Positions 33,812 to 44,298 of a stretch of 59,390 nucleotides of DNA are shown here, in pieces (within the stretch, counting starts at the first letter, position 1; each line of letters starts with the position of its first letter). Both the position numbers and the translations under genes were made by a program. The notes beneath the pieces were generated by a model. It was given only the letters and a program-made list of their open reading frames with translations, made no database searches and was not told where the DNA came from. Source of the stretch: a bacterium (GTDB taxonomy: Bacteria; CAIJMQ01; JAADFP01); NCBI GenBank assembly GCA_027021085.1, contig JALUVB010000053.1, forward strand, positions 1 through 59,390. Reading direction: 5' to 3'.

Positions 33812-35032
33812 CTAACTTCCCAGCAGCCCTTTTATCTTCTCGGCCAGCGCCCTGTCCAATCTTACTCTAATCTGTACCCCCTTCTCCTGTGGTAACTCAT
33901 TTAACACTTCTCCATGCTGATAAACCTCGGGTAACAAGAAAAGCTTATCCTGGGGCAGAAAAACATCTAATTCCTCCCTGGAATCCTTGAGTGTATCCAC
34001 TATTCTTGCTTTCAACTCCTCCAGGCCTTCGCCAGTAAGAGAGCTTACCAGAACAGATTCCGGGTATTCCCGCTGTAGTCTCCTCTTTTCCCAGGGATTG
34101 AGAAGGTCAACCTTATTAAAAATTTCTACCAGAGGCTTATCCAGAACACCCAGTTCCCCCAGTAATTTTTTAACGGTTTTTATCATCTCCTCTTTCTCCG
34201 CGCTGGAGGCATCAACTACATGCAGCAGAAAAGTGGCATTGACTGTCTCTTCCAGGGTGGCTTTGAAAGAAGCCAGGAGTTCTGTGGGAAGACGACGGAT
34301 AAAACCGACTGTATCGGTAAGTATGACCATCTGGTGGTTGGAAAGATACAATTTTCTCATGCGTGTATCCAGAGTCATGAACAGCTTATTGCCAGCCGGG
34401 AGGTGGGAGCGGGTAAGTGCATTGATAAGGCTGGTCTTCCCGGCATTGGTATATCCCACAATTGCTCCCAGGGGTAAACCGAATTTTCTCCTTCTTCTGC
34501 CGATATTCTCCCGGTGGCGGAGCAGCTTAGCCAGTTTTTTCTCCAGCCTTTTAATCTTTACCTGGATTTTCCTGCGGTCATACTCTAACTGTCTTTCCCC
34601 CGGTCCACGCGTGCCAATGCCGCCTCCCAGGCGGGATAGTTCTTTGCCCTTGCCGGTAAGCCGGGGGAGAAGGTACTTGAGTTGCGCCAGCTCCACTTCT
34701 ATTTTGCCTTCTTCCGTATGGGCATGCTGGGCAAATATATCCATGATAAGCTGAGTACGGTCAATAACCCTTTCCCCGATTATTTTTTCCAGGTTCCGCT
34801 GTTGTACAGGATGGAGTTCCATGTCAAATACCACAAGGTTCGCTCCCTTTTCCACTACGCAGCGGTGAATTTCTTCCGCCTGCCCTTCCCCTACGAAAAG
34901 CGAGGGGGTAATTCTTTCCATCCTTAGAGGAATCACCTCCAGTACTTCCCCCCCTGCTGTAGCTGCAAGGCCTCTCAGCTCTTCCAGGGAGGTTTTTTCT
35001 CTTTTATCCCCTACTAATACTACCTTTTCCAT
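33812..35032 (-). CDS. hflX: GTPase HflX
   Basis: GGGIGTRGPGE, plus the G1 motif GYTNAGKTSL and the G3 motif DTVGF. Confidence 0.9.
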   Translation of the reverse strand: MEKVVLVGDKREKTSLEELRGLAATAGGEVLEVIPLRMERITPSLFVGEGQAEEIHRCVVEKGANLVVFDMELHPVQQRNLEKIIGERVIDRTQLIMDIFAQHAHTEEGKIEVELAQLKYLLPRLTGKGKELSRLGGGIGTRGPGERQLEYDRRKIQVKIKRLEKKLAKLLRHRENIGRRRRKFGLPLGAIVGYTNAGKTSLINALTRSHLPAGNKLFMTLDTRMRKLYLSNHQMVILTDTVGFIRRLPTELLASFKATLEETVNATFLLHVVDASSAEKEEMIKTVKKLLGELGVLDKPLVEIFNKVDLLNPWEKRRLQREYPESVLVSSLTGEGLEELKARIVDTLKDSREELDVFLPQDKLFLLPEVYQHGEVLNELPQEKGVQIRVRLDRALAEKIKGLLGS

Positions 35033-35101
35033 TTATCTCCCTCTCTGCGATGTGGTCCAGACTAAATCACCGGATAAATTCAAAAGCTTCCCTCCTAAGC
35101 T

Positions 35102-36034
35102 CTATCGTCTAAAACCTTCTATCTTTCCTAAGAAATTCCTAATTTCTTCCTGCATTTTACCCCTTTCCTCTTCCAGGGTTATCCATACCGGGTTTTCTTT
35201 CCTCAGCCAGACAATCTGTCTTTTGGCATAATTCCTGGTGCGCTTTTTTATTATTTCTTTCGCCTCTTCCTTTCCTATCTTACCCTGAATGAATTGTACT
35301 ACTTCTTTGTAACCAATGCTTTGTAACCCGGGGGAATCGGGGGCAAATCCCATCTTAATTATTTCATTTACCTCCTCCACCCATCCCATCTCCCACATTT
35401 TCTCTACCCTGTTGTTTATTCTACTATAGAGTTCTTCCCGGGGGCGAATTAAGGAGAGAAAAAGATAATTAAAAATTTCTTCCTTTTTCTCCCGCTTGAA
35501 ATGCCAGGAAAGCGGTTTACCGGTAAGCTGGAAAACTTCCAGCGCCCGGATTATTCGCACGATATCATGCGGATGAATACGAGCAGCCGAGGCCTCGTCA
35601 ACTTCTTTTAATCGGGCATAAAGAACATCCCCTCCCTTTTCCTGGGCTTCCTTATATAATTTTTCCCTGAGCTTCTCGTCCCTGCCGGGACCAGGGAAAA
35701 TACCTCTCAGCAGGGTTCTTATGTAAAACCCACATCCTCCCACCAAGATAGGGAGCCTGCCCTTCTTCCAGATTTTTTCGATAATTTCCCTGGCCATAGA
35801 AGCAAATCTTGCCGTATCGTATACTTCTTCCGGGTCAAGAATATCCATAAGATGATGGGGGATTTCTTTTCTTTCCGCGGGGGTAGGCTTGCCACTTCCT
35901 ATATCCAGGTAACGGTAAATCTGGACAGAATCTGAAACGACTATTTCCCCCTGCCATTTTCGGGCTATATGGAGAGATTCTTCTGTCTTGCCTACACCGG
36001 TGGGCCCGGCAATCACTAAAAGGGGAATTTTCAT
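35102..36034 (-). CDS. miaA: tRNA dimethylallyltransferase
   Basis: P-loop GPTGVGKT, and QIYRYLDIGSGKPT. Confidence 0.9.
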   Translation of the reverse strand: MKIPLLVIAGPTGVGKTEESLHIARKWQGEIVVSDSVQIYRYLDIGSGKPTPAERKEIPHHLMDILDPEEVYDTARFASMAREIIEKIWKKGRLPILVGGCGFYIRTLLRGIFPGPGRDEKLREKLYKEAQEKGGDVLYARLKEVDEASAARIHPHDIVRIIRALEVFQLTGKPLSWHFKREKKEEIFNYLFLSLIRPREELYSRINNRVEKMWEMGWVEEVNEIIKMGFAPDSPGLQSIGYKEVVQFIQGKIGKEEAKEIIKKRTRNYAKRQIVWLRKENPVWITLEEERGKMQEEIRNFLGKIEGFRR

Positions 36035-36085
36035 ACGCTCATTTGTTCCTGTCGGAAAACTGTATCCTCTGCGGATATACCATTT

Positions 36086-36886
36086 CTATACATTATTCCT
36101 CTCTGCTTCACTCAGCAGGGTTTTTAACTTTAGCGAGGTCTCATATTCTGCAAATTCTCTTACCCCTTTAATTTCTTTGCAGGGGATTACCCCCATAAGA
36201 GCCGAGGTAAAGAAGGCCTCATCTGCTTCCTGCAAGTCTTTAGGCAACAACACTCGCTCTTCCACCTCTATGCCTGTCTCTCTGGCTATTTCCATTACCT
36301 TCCTCCTGGTTATACCGGGTAGAAGACCAGAGGAGAGAGAAGGAGTGAGAAGCCTGCCTTTTTTTACCATAAAAAGATTACTGTAAGCTCCCTCGCTTAT
36401 CTCTCCCCGGAGATTAAGCAGGATGGCTTCATCGTATCCCTGCTGGTTGGCCTCTCTTCTGGCCAGAATGTTTTCGTAGTAGTTCAATGTTTTATGAAAG
36501 GCAAGCGGCGAGGAAGCATTGCGTCTAAAAGAGGAGATAATGCTGCGGAAAAACGGCTTGGTTTCATAGGGAAGACCGGCATCCGTTTTTATGAGGATGA
36601 GTAAAGGGGTAAGGTATATGCGCAAAATTCCTTTTTCCACTGCGTTTGCCTGTATGGTATTCCGGCATCCTTCTGCAATCTCTTCCCGGGAAAAAGGAGA
36701 GGGAATCTCTAACTCCCGGGAGGAATTTAGGAGTCTATCTAAATGCTCCAGCAGGAAAACATGCCTGCCCTCTCTTATTTTCACTGTTTCAAAGAGCCCC
36801 TCCCCATACAGGAACCCGGTATTAGCGAGCAGAAATTTCCAGTCTCTTTCCGGGAAAATCTGCCCATTCTTCCATATTTTTCCCAT
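36086..36886 (-). CDS. pabC: Aminodeoxychorismate lyase / class IV aminotransferase
   Basis: GFLYGEGLFETV near the N-terminus. It lies downstream of, and overlaps, pabB. Confidence 0.7.
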   Translation of the reverse strand: MGKIWKNGQIFPERDWKFLLANTGFLYGEGLFETVKIREGRHVFLLEHLDRLLNSSRELEIPSPFSREEIAEGCRNTIQANAVEKGILRIYLTPLLILIKTDAGLPYETKPFFRSIISSFRRNASSPLAFHKTLNYYENILARREANQQGYDEAILLNLRGEISEGAYSNLFMVKKGRLLTPSLSSGLLPGITRRKVMEIARETGIEVEERVLLPKDLQEADEAFFTSALMGVIPCKEIKGVREFAEYETSLKLKTLLSEAERNNV

Positions 36887-38237
36887 GGCTCATTCTCCTT
36901 AATGTAGTAATCAATGCTTTGCCCTTATCCAGTGTTTCCTGGTACTCCTTCTCAGGGTCAGAGTCCGCCACGATACCTCCTCCCACCTGGAAATATGCCT
37001 GTCCGTCTTTTACCAGCACGGTCCGTATTACTATACTGAAATCCGCTCTTCCGTTAAATCCTATATACCCTATGGAACCAGTATAGAGGTTTCTCCGGGT
37101 AGGTTCCAGCTCTTCAATAATTTCCATAGCTCTTACCTTGGGTGCCCCTGTAATTGAACCTCCGGGAAAACATGCTTTCAGGCAATCAATGGGAGTAAGC
37201 CCCTCTTTGACTCTTCCTTCCACCGTGGCCACGGTATGGAATACGGTGGGATGGGTTTCTATTTCCCTCAGCCTTTTTACCTTCACGCTGCCACTCTGGC
37301 AGATTTTGCCCAAATCGTTCCTCTCTAAGTCCACAATCATTACCAGCTCTGCCCTATCTTTCTCGCTTTCTGCCAGCTCCTTTTTCAGGCAAGAGTCCTC
37401 TTCCCTGGTTGCTCCCCGCGGACGCGTTCCCTTGATGGGGCGAGTCTGGATATAGCCGTTCTCTATACAAAGGAACCTTTCCGGAGAAGAAGAGACTACC
37501 CTGACTTCCGGAAAATTGAGATAAGCAGAGTAAAACGAAGGGTTCATCCGGGTAAGCTGGCTGTAGTAGGAGAAAGCATTTAGAGAGAAAGGACAGGAAA
37601 AACGCTGGGAAAGGTTTACCTGGTAAATATCTCCCCTGCGGATATAATCTTTTGCCTTCTCTATTGCCTGGATATATGCTTCATAGGTAAAGTTGGAAGA
37701 TAGCTTTAAGGGGAGGGAGGGGGTAATAATCTTTCCTTCCTGCGGTTTTCCCTCCTTTACCACTGGCAGGGTCCCATAGGCAAATTTTTCCCTGTGGTCC
37801 CAGAGGATAAAATTCTTGTAAAACCCCAGGTTCATCTCGGGAATCCTCAGGTCATCGTCCGATTTCTCCTCTATCCTTTCCAGGAGAAAGCCGAGGTCGT
37901 AGGAGAAGTACCCGATAATACCTCCGGTGAAAGGCAGTGATTCATCCGGTTTATAGAATTTGCTCCACAGTTCTTTCAGGGTTTCAAAGGGGTCGGCGGA
38001 AAAAATCCTGCCGTTGACAGACACCTTTCTCCCCCTGCTTCTAAAAACAAGAAACGGTTCCCATCCCAAAATTGTGTATCTGCCCCACTCAGGATGGTAC
38101 ATACTGCTATGCAGAAAAACAGTGTAAGGCTGGCAGGATACTCCTGCTAACAAACCCAGGGGGTTAAGGGAATAGGGGTACTCAAAAAACTCTTTTTTCA
38201 TGGACAAAATTTCCCTGCTAAGGAGATATTTTATCAA
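36822..38237 (-). CDS. pabB: Aminodeoxychorismate synthase component I (TrpE/PabB family)
   Basis: Chorismate-binding C-terminus PGGSITGAPKVRAMEIIEELEP...RNLYTGSIGY. The start may be the internal MKKEFF at 38201. Confidence 0.75.
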   Translation of the reverse strand: MIKYLLSREILSMKKEFFEYPYSLNPLGLLAGVSCQPYTVFLHSSMYHPEWGRYTILGWEPFLVFRSRGRKVSVNGRIFSADPFETLKELWSKFYKPDESLPFTGGIIGYFSYDLGFLLERIEEKSDDDLRIPEMNLGFYKNFILWDHREKFAYGTLPVVKEGKPQEGKIITPSLPLKLSSNFTYEAYIQAIEKAKDYIRRGDIYQVNLSQRFSCPFSLNAFSYYSQLTRMNPSFYSAYLNFPEVRVVSSSPERFLCIENGYIQTRPIKGTRPRGATREEDSCLKKELAESEKDRAELVMIVDLERNDLGKICQSGSVKVKRLREIETHPTVFHTVATVEGRVKEGLTPIDCLKACFPGGSITGAPKVRAMEIIEELEPTRRNLYTGSIGYIGFNGRADFSIVIRTVLVKDGQAYFQVGGGIVADSDPEKEYQETLDKGKALITTLRRMSHGKNMEEWADFPGKRLEISAR

Positions 38238-38254
38238 ATATGATAAATTAAAGA

Positions 38255-39118
38255 ATGTTCTGGGAAAAGTACTATCAGGGAAAAGAGAAGTTTTCTTTGC
38301 TAAAGAGGGATAAAGAGGGGGAAAAAGAAAAGATAATCCTTAAAGGCAGCAAGGAAATTCTGGAGCTTGACCTCTTTTCTCCTGCTTCACCCCGCTATCC
38401 CCTTCTCATTCTCATCCATGGACTGGGAATCACGGAAAGAAAGAAAGATTGGCTGCTTCGTTCTTTCCTGCCTCTGGTGAAAGATGGGCATCCCCTGCTC
38501 TTTTATACTCTTCCCGGGCATCTTTTCCGAAAGCAAGAAAATAAAAAAGATAACTGGAGAATGGATGATGCGGAATTTCTCCGGTTTTTCGTGCAATCAG
38601 TGAAGGAAATAAGGGGGCTGATGGATTGGCTGGGGGAGGAGAAATTCGATGTCCTGGGTATCAGCATGGGAGGGATGATAGGGACAGTGGCTATGGCTAT
38701 AGACGAAAGAGTGCAAAGAGGGGTATTCCTTTTAAGCGGAGGTAACCTGGAAAAGATTCTCTGGAGAGGAATAATGCGCTTTGTCCTGCCCAAGGACTGT
38801 GACAGAGAGACCTGCCGCATGCTTCACCTGCGTTACCAGGAAATCCTGGAGAATGGCAGGTTAGAAGAGTTGGCAGAGTTGCCGCGTTTCTGCTTCTTTT
38901 ATGACCCTCTCACTTTTGCCCACCTGTTGAGGGGTAGGGATGTGCTCATGATAAACGGCCTGTTGGACGGGGTGATTAACCTATCTTCAGCTTACGAATT
39001 AAGGCGCAGGATGGGTAATCCACCCTGGCTGCTGTACCCGGGCACGCATATCTCTCTTCCCCTGTTTTTACCCCTGCTGAGGAAAAGGATAGAAAAGTTT
39101 CTGAAAGTTTCCAGATAA
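38255..39118 (+). CDS. Alpha/beta hydrolase
   Basis: Nucleophile elbow GISMGG. Confidence 0.65.
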   Translation: MFWEKYYQGKEKFSLLKRDKEGEKEKIILKGSKEILELDLFSPASPRYPLLILIHGLGITERKKDWLLRSFLPLVKDGHPLLFYTLPGHLFRKQENKKDNWRMDDAEFLRFFVQSVKEIRGLMDWLGEEKFDVLGISMGGMIGTVAMAIDERVQRGVFLLSGGNLEKILWRGIMRFVLPKDCDRETCRMLHLRYQEILENGRLEELAELPRFCFFYDPLTFAHLLRGRDVLMINGLLDGVINLSSAYELRRRMGNPPWLLYPGTHISLPLFLPLLRKRIEKFLKVSR

Positions 39119-39133
39119 GAAGGAGGTGCTTAA

Positions 39134-39547
39134 ATGAAATCTTATACTCAATATCTCTGGTTTAATACAGAAAAGAGACAGGCATTTATCAACATAACTC
39201 ACCAGGTAGAAGGGGCAGTGAGAAAAAGCGGTGTGCAGGAAGGATTATGCCTGGTAAACGCCATGCATATAACTGCCAGTGTATTTATAAATGACGATGA
39301 ATCGGGGCTGCATCAGGATTTCATGGAATGGGTGGAGAGTCTGGCACCGTATGGAAAAGATTATGCCCATAATCTCACCGGAGAAGACAATGCAGACAGC
39401 CATTTAAAAAGAACGATAATGGGAAGAGAAGTGGTAGTGGCCATTACCCGGGGAAAACTTGATCTGGGACCCTGGGAGCAGATTTTCTACGGCGAGTTTG
39501 ATGGAAAGAGGAGAAAAAGGGTGCTGGTCAAGGTGATAGGGGAATGA
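39134..39547 (+). CDS. yjbQ: YjbQ/UPF0047 family (secondary thiamine-phosphate synthase)
   Basis: [15 protein letters not shown]...[14 protein letters not shown]...[14 protein letters not shown]. Confidence 0.8.
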   Translation: MKSYTQYLWFNTEKRQAFINITHQVEGAVRKSGVQEGLCLVNAMHITASVFINDDESGLHQDFMEWVESLAPYGKDYAHNLTGEDNADSHLKRTIMGREVVVAITRGKLDLGPWEQIFYGEFDGKRRKRVLVKVIGE

Positions 39548-39590
39548 GATTTGACTTTTGGAAAAACAGTTATGGTAGAATGTAGGTGCT

Positions 39591-40175
39591 ATGAGGGAAG
39601 CAGAAGTTAAAAGAGAGACAAAGGAAACCCAGGTAAGGGTGGAAATTAACCTGGATGGGGAGGGGAAATCGGAAATTAACAGCGGGATTCCCTTTTTTGA
39701 TCATATGCTCACGCTTTTTTCCCGTCATGGATTCTTCGACCTGGGAATTTCAGCCACAGGGGATATAGAGGTAGATTTTCATCACACCGTGGAGGATGTG
39801 GGAATATGCCTGGGTGAGGCCCTGAAAAAAGCCCTGGGAGATAAATCCGGGATAAAGAGATACGGATGGGCAATTCTTCCTATGGATGAATCGCTTGCCC
39901 TGGTTTCCATAGATATCTCCGGACGGCCGCAGTTCGTCTACCGGGTGGATTTACCCAAGGAAAAAGTGGGTGGGTTTGATACTGAACTTATCCCGGTATT
40001 TTTCCAGGCATTTGCCGTACATTCCGGCATTACCCTGCATATCAATCTTCTCTACGGGGAGAATTTGCACCATTCTGCGGAAGCCATCTTCAAAGCTTTT
40101 GGCAAAGCCCTGAGCATGGCAGTTAGTAAGGAAGAGAGGGAAAAAAGCATTCCTTCCACAAAAGGGATTCTGTAA
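39591..40175 (+). CDS. hisB: Imidazoleglycerol-phosphate dehydratase
   Basis: [16 protein letters not shown]...FFDHML...[11 protein letters not shown]...HH..EA.FKA. Confidence 0.95.
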   Translation: MREAEVKRETKETQVRVEINLDGEGKSEINSGIPFFDHMLTLFSRHGFFDLGISATGDIEVDFHHTVEDVGICLGEALKKALGDKSGIKRYGWAILPMDESLALVSIDISGRPQFVYRVDLPKEKVGGFDTELIPVFFQAFAVHSGITLHINLLYGENLHHSAEAIFKAFGKALSMAVSKEEREKSIPSTKGIL

Positions 40176-40240
40176 ACTTTACCCAATGAGTTGATAGAGA
40201 TAGGTTTAGTGGTGATATTTGCCTGTTGGGAAAGCAAATT

Positions 40241-40951
40241 ATGTTTATAATTCCGGCAATTGATATCTGGCAAGGGAAACTGGTGAGACTGTTTCAGGGT
40301 TCTTACCAGAAGCCCAGCTTCTATCCGCTCACTCCTCTCCAGGCAGCGCGGAAGTGGCGTGAAAAAGGATTCAAAAGACTTCATATCGTGGACCTGGAAG
40401 GGGCACGGGCTGGCAGACCCGTGGAAAAAGAGCTTATTATAGAAGCGGCTCGCCAGTTTCAGGGGGAAGTGGAAGTGGGAGGTGGAATCAGGAAAGAAGA
40501 AGAGGCAAAATTTTACCTGGAGAATGGTATTTCCTACGTGATTCTGGGCACAAAAGGGCTGGAGAAGGCATTTCTCGTCTCGCTGGTAGAAAAATTCCCC
40601 CACAGAATTATCGTCTCCCTTGATATCTCCGGAAAAAAGATAAAGGTGGAAGGCTGGGAAAAGGAAGCAGAAGAAACTCTTGCGGAAACACTCTCTTTCC
40701 TGTCTTCTTTACCCCTGCAGGCTCTCATTGTCACGGATATCAAAAGAGACGGCACAATGGAAGGCATCTCCGGGCAGACTTTCCTGCAGGTAGCTAAACA
40801 TACTTCCCTTCCCCTTATAGTAGGAGGAGGGGTCTCCTCACTGCAGGATATCAACTGGATAAAAGAGCATCTCCCCGAAGTTAAGGGAGTAATTGTGGGA
40901 AAGGCTATGTACGAGGGAGATTTACTTAAGGAAATAAAGGAAAATGGCTGA
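40241..40951 (+). CDS. hisA: ProFAR isomerase HisA
   Basis: MFIIPAIDIWQGKLVRL...VGGGIR. I take the ATG at 40241 in preference to the upstream TTG at 40226. Confidence 0.85.
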   Translation: MFIIPAIDIWQGKLVRLFQGSYQKPSFYPLTPLQAARKWREKGFKRLHIVDLEGARAGRPVEKELIIEAARQFQGEVEVGGGIRKEEEAKFYLENGISYVILGTKGLEKAFLVSLVEKFPHRIIVSLDISGKKIKVEGWEKEAEETLAETLSFLSSLPLQALIVTDIKRDGTMEGISGQTFLQVAKHTSLPLIVGGGVSSLQDINWIKEHLPEVKGVIVGKAMYEGDLLKEIKENG

Positions 40952-42908
40952 GAATATTGTTATTGTGGAATCTCCTTCCAAGGCAAAGACAATAAGCAGG
41001 TTCCTGGGCAAAGATTTCACTGTCTGCTCCTCCCTGGGACATGTCAAAGACCTTCCCAAGGCAAAATTAGGAGTGGATATAGAGAACGGGTTCCAGCCTA
41101 CCTACAAGATAATCAGGGGAAAAAGGAAGATAATTAATTCCCTGAAAAAGCTGGCCAAGGATGCCAATGCTGTTTACCTGGCTTCTGACCCGGACCGGGA
41201 AGGGGAAGCAATTGCCTGGCATATCGCAGAGGAATTAAAGGAAGTCAATCCTACTATTAAGCGGTTAGAGTTTCACGAAATTACCCCTCCGGCCATAAAA
41301 AAATCGCTGGAAAATCCCCGGGATATTGATGCCCACCTGGTAGCTTCCCAGCAGGCAAGAAGGGTGCTTGACCGCCTGGTTGGATACCTGGTAAGCCCCC
41401 TGCTCTGGAAAAAGGTGAAGAGCGGTCTCTCTGCCGGCAGGGTGCAGACAGTAGCATTGAGATTAATCTGTGAAAGAGAGAAGGCAATTGAGGAGTTTAT
41501 CCCGGAGGAATACTGGGTAATAGAAGCAATTCTTTCTGCCAGGGAAGGGGTTTTTTCTGCTTTCCTGGTGAAAAAAGGCAGGAAGAAGATAGAAGTCAAG
41601 GAACGCGCCCAGGCGGAAAAAATAGAAAAGGAAGCAAAGGGGAGTATTTTCAAAGTAGAAAAGGCGGAAGTAAAGGAAGTAAAGCGATATCCTCCCCCTC
41701 CCCTTATCACCAGCTCCCTCCAGCAGGTAGCATTCACCCAGTACCGCTACACTCCTTCCCGCAGCATGAAGATAGCCCAGCAGTTATATGAAGGCGTGCA
41801 AATCCAGGAAGGAAGAGTGGGATTAATAACCTACATGCGCACAGACTCCTACCGTATTTCTCCCTTAGCCAGGAAAGAAGCCTATTCCTGGATTGAGAGT
41901 AATCTGGGCAGTGAGTACATCCCGGAAAAACCCATGTCCTATAAATCCCGCAGGAGTGCCCAGGAAGCACATGAAGCTATTCGGCCTACAAAGGTAAGCA
42001 GGTCTCCCGAAGAGGTAAAAGACTTCCTTACCCCGGAACAGCTGAATCTTTACACCCTTATCTGGGAACGATTCCTGGCTTCCCAGTGTGCCCCTTCTGT
42101 ATGGGAAGAAACTAAGGTGGCAATAAGCTCGGGCGAATATATATGGGAGGCAAAGGGAGAACGACTGATATTTGAGGGATTCCGCAAGATATTGCCGGTA
42201 AAGCAGGAGCTAAAGACGGTTCCGCCCTTGAAAAAAGGCGAAGAATTAACCCTGGAAGAGATAAAAATGCACCAGAAATTTACCCAGCCTCCTCCCAGGT
42301 TCACGGAAGGCTCACTGGTAAAAGAGCTGGAAAGAAAAGATATAGGGAGACCATCCACCTATGCCACAATCATCCGTATTTTAAAAAACAGGGATTACGT
42401 GAGAAACGAAAAGGGGCGCCTGCGTCCCACCCCCCTGGGAAGAGAAGTAGCCAAAATCCTGATAGATAATTTCCCCCATATATTTGAAGTTGACTTTACC
42501 GCAAGAATGGAGGACGGGCTGGACAGCATAGAAGAAGGGAAGGAGGAATACCTGAACCTGCTTACCTCCTTCTATGAAGAATTTGCCCAGCGATTGGAGG
42601 AAGCCAAAGAAAAGATGGAGAATATAAAGGATAAAATCAACGCCTTCTATTCCCGTCCCTGCCCCAATTGCGGTGCTGCCATGGTAATCAAAAAGGGCCG
42701 GTATGGCGAGTTTCTTGCCTGCCCAAACTTCCCGGAGTGCAAAACCGCGCTACCCCTGGCAAAAAAAATCGGGGTAAAGTGCCCTGAATGTGGCGGGGAA
42801 CTGGTGGAACGACGCAGTAAAAATAAAAAGAGAAAATTCTATGCCTGTATAAATTACCCGAAATGTAAATTCATAAGCTGGAAATTCCCTGATGGAAAAG
42901 GAAATTGA
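40944..42908 (+). CDS. topA: DNA topoisomerase I
   Basis: TOPRIM domain IVESPSKAKTI...DPDREGEAIAWH, active-site region ITYMRTDS, and C-terminal Cys4 zinc fingers. Confidence 0.95.
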   Translation: MAENIVIVESPSKAKTISRFLGKDFTVCSSLGHVKDLPKAKLGVDIENGFQPTYKIIRGKRKIINSLKKLAKDANAVYLASDPDREGEAIAWHIAEELKEVNPTIKRLEFHEITPPAIKKSLENPRDIDAHLVASQQARRVLDRLVGYLVSPLLWKKVKSGLSAGRVQTVALRLICEREKAIEEFIPEEYWVIEAILSAREGVFSAFLVKKGRKKIEVKERAQAEKIEKEAKGSIFKVEKAEVKEVKRYPPPPLITSSLQQVAFTQYRYTPSRSMKIAQQLYEGVQIQEGRVGLITYMRTDSYRISPLARKEAYSWIESNLGSEYIPEKPMSYKSRRSAQEAHEAIRPTKVSRSPEEVKDFLTPEQLNLYTLIWERFLASQCAPSVWEETKVAISSGEYIWEAKGERLIFEGFRKILPVKQELKTVPPLKKGEELTLEEIKMHQKFTQPPPRFTEGSLVKELERKDIGRPSTYATIIRILKNRDYVRNEKGRLRPTPLGREVAKILIDNFPHIFEVDFTARMEDGLDSIEEGKEEYLNLLTSFYEEFAQRLEEAKEKMENIKDKINAFYSRPCPNCGAAMVIKKGRYGEFLACPNFPECKTALPLAKKIGVKCPECGGELVERRSKNKKRKFYACINYPKCKFISWKFPDGKGN

Positions 42909-43788
42909 GAAATTTGTAAAATTTCTCGCTGAACAGAGAAATTACTCTCCCCACACCCTGGTTGCTTACAGGACAGACCTTTTGCAGTTTGTAAAATTCC
43001 TGCAGGAGCAGGATAAAAACCTGTCCCAGGTAGACATAAACCTGGCGCGTGAATATCTGTTTCACTTAAAGGAAAGAGGGCTTTCCCGCAACTCGCTCAT
43101 CAGGAAAGTAGCCTCCCTCAAATCTTTTTATAAATTCCTTGCTTCACGCAGTATCATTTCCCATAATCCCCTCTTACTTCTTTCCTCTCCCAAAAAGGAG
43201 AGGGAACTCCCCTATTTCCTGGGCATTGAAGAAATGGAGCACCTGCTCTCCTTGAAATTTAAGGGCACCCTGGGAAAAAGGGATAAAGCAATTCTCGAAC
43301 TACTTTACTCCACCGGGATACGGGTAAGCGAGCTGGTAGGGCTTGACCTGGACGATGTGGAATGGGGAGAAGGGTTTATCCGGGTAAAAGGAAAAGGAAG
43401 AAAGGAACGCATCATTCCTGTGGGGGAGAAGGCAATGGAGGCTCTGGATGAATACCTGCCACTGCGCGGTAAACTACTCAGCCATTTTCGCAAGGATATA
43501 TATGTAGAACCCGAGGCGCTCTTCCTGAATGCCTGGGGAGGACGGATAACCCCCCGGAGCATAGAAAGAATGGTAAACAAGTATGTACGGGAGGCAGCCA
43601 TTCGCAAGAAAGTATCACCGCACCAATTCCGTCATTCTTTTGCCACCCACCTACTGGAACGAGGAGCAGACCTGCGGGCCGTGCAGGAGCTCCTGGGACA
43701 CGCTTCCCTTTCCACCACGCAGATTTACACTCACCTGACCCCGGAAAGGCTCAAAAAAGTTTACACCCAGGCCCACCCCCGGGGGTAA
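42892..43788 (+). CDS. xerC: Tyrosine recombinase XerC/XerD
   Basis: LLYSTGIRVSEL (Arg I), HQFRHSFATHLL (H-x-x-R), LLGHASLSTTQIYTH (catalytic Tyr). The topA-xerC neighbourhood is typical of the housekeeping Xer recombinase. Confidence 0.85.
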   Translation: MEKEIEKFVKFLAEQRNYSPHTLVAYRTDLLQFVKFLQEQDKNLSQVDINLAREYLFHLKERGLSRNSLIRKVASLKSFYKFLASRSIISHNPLLLLSSPKKERELPYFLGIEEMEHLLSLKFKGTLGKRDKAILELLYSTGIRVSELVGLDLDDVEWGEGFIRVKGKGRKERIIPVGEKAMEALDEYLPLRGKLLSHFRKDIYVEPEALFLNAWGGRITPRSIERMVNKYVREAAIRKKVSPHQFRHSFATHLLERGADLRAVQELLGHASLSTTQIYTHLTPERLKKVYTQAHPRG

Positions 43789-44298
43789 ATAATAGACTTT
43801 AGACCATAGACTATAGACTGTAGACTGGGAGATAGTGAACAGTAAATAGTAAACAGTAAGCAGTGAACAGTGAATCGGTTTCCTGGTATCCCGGTATCTT
43901 AGTATCCTGGTATCCTGCCCACCTGTCATGCCCGCCTGCTCCCGGAGGGCGGGCAGGCCTGCGAAAGCAGGCATCCAGGATTTTAGACTTTAGACCATAG
44001 ACCTTAGACTATAGACTGGGAGAAGCAGGATAAAGGCGGAGGAGCAGGTGGAACTGGCAACTCGCAACTAACAACTCACAACTCTTGGACTATAGACTGG
44101 GAGATAGTGAGCTGTAAATAGTAAGCAGTGAACGGTAGTGAGTAGCGAGTAGATAGTAGCGGGTAGTTAGGGGAAATATGAGAGAGGTGTGGGGTGATAG
44201 GCAGAACTGGCCACTCCGGACTCCCGAGATATATCGGGACTCACAACTCTGAAATCAGTAAGCAAGAATTGGAAGTTGAGAGGAGAGTTTTGCAAGGA
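43789..44298. repeat. Mosaic intergenic repeat region R4
   Basis: Reverse-orientation copies of the GTCTAWR, RTTYACT, GGATACC, GAGTTGY and CGCTAC modules. It contains IR arm 43909-43988 and the 124-bp unit at 43980-44103. Confidence 0.85.
43909..43988 (-). repeat. Left arm of a perfect 80-bp inverted repeat
   Basis: A base-by-base comparison shows it is the exact reverse complement of 45742-45821. The track ORFs 43651-43974(-) and 45756-45989(+) share the same first 22 aa (MPAFAGLPALREQAGMTGGQDT), which confirms this. Confidence 0.9.

Noticed and set aside
42892-43788. Tyrosine recombinase as the missing integron integrase for the cassette-like island
   Set aside because: It lies 38 kb from the island and sits in the conserved topA-xerC context. 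It has a typical XerC/D length and motifs, with no obvious extra IntI-type insertion. Verifying the absence of the IntI patch would need an alignment.
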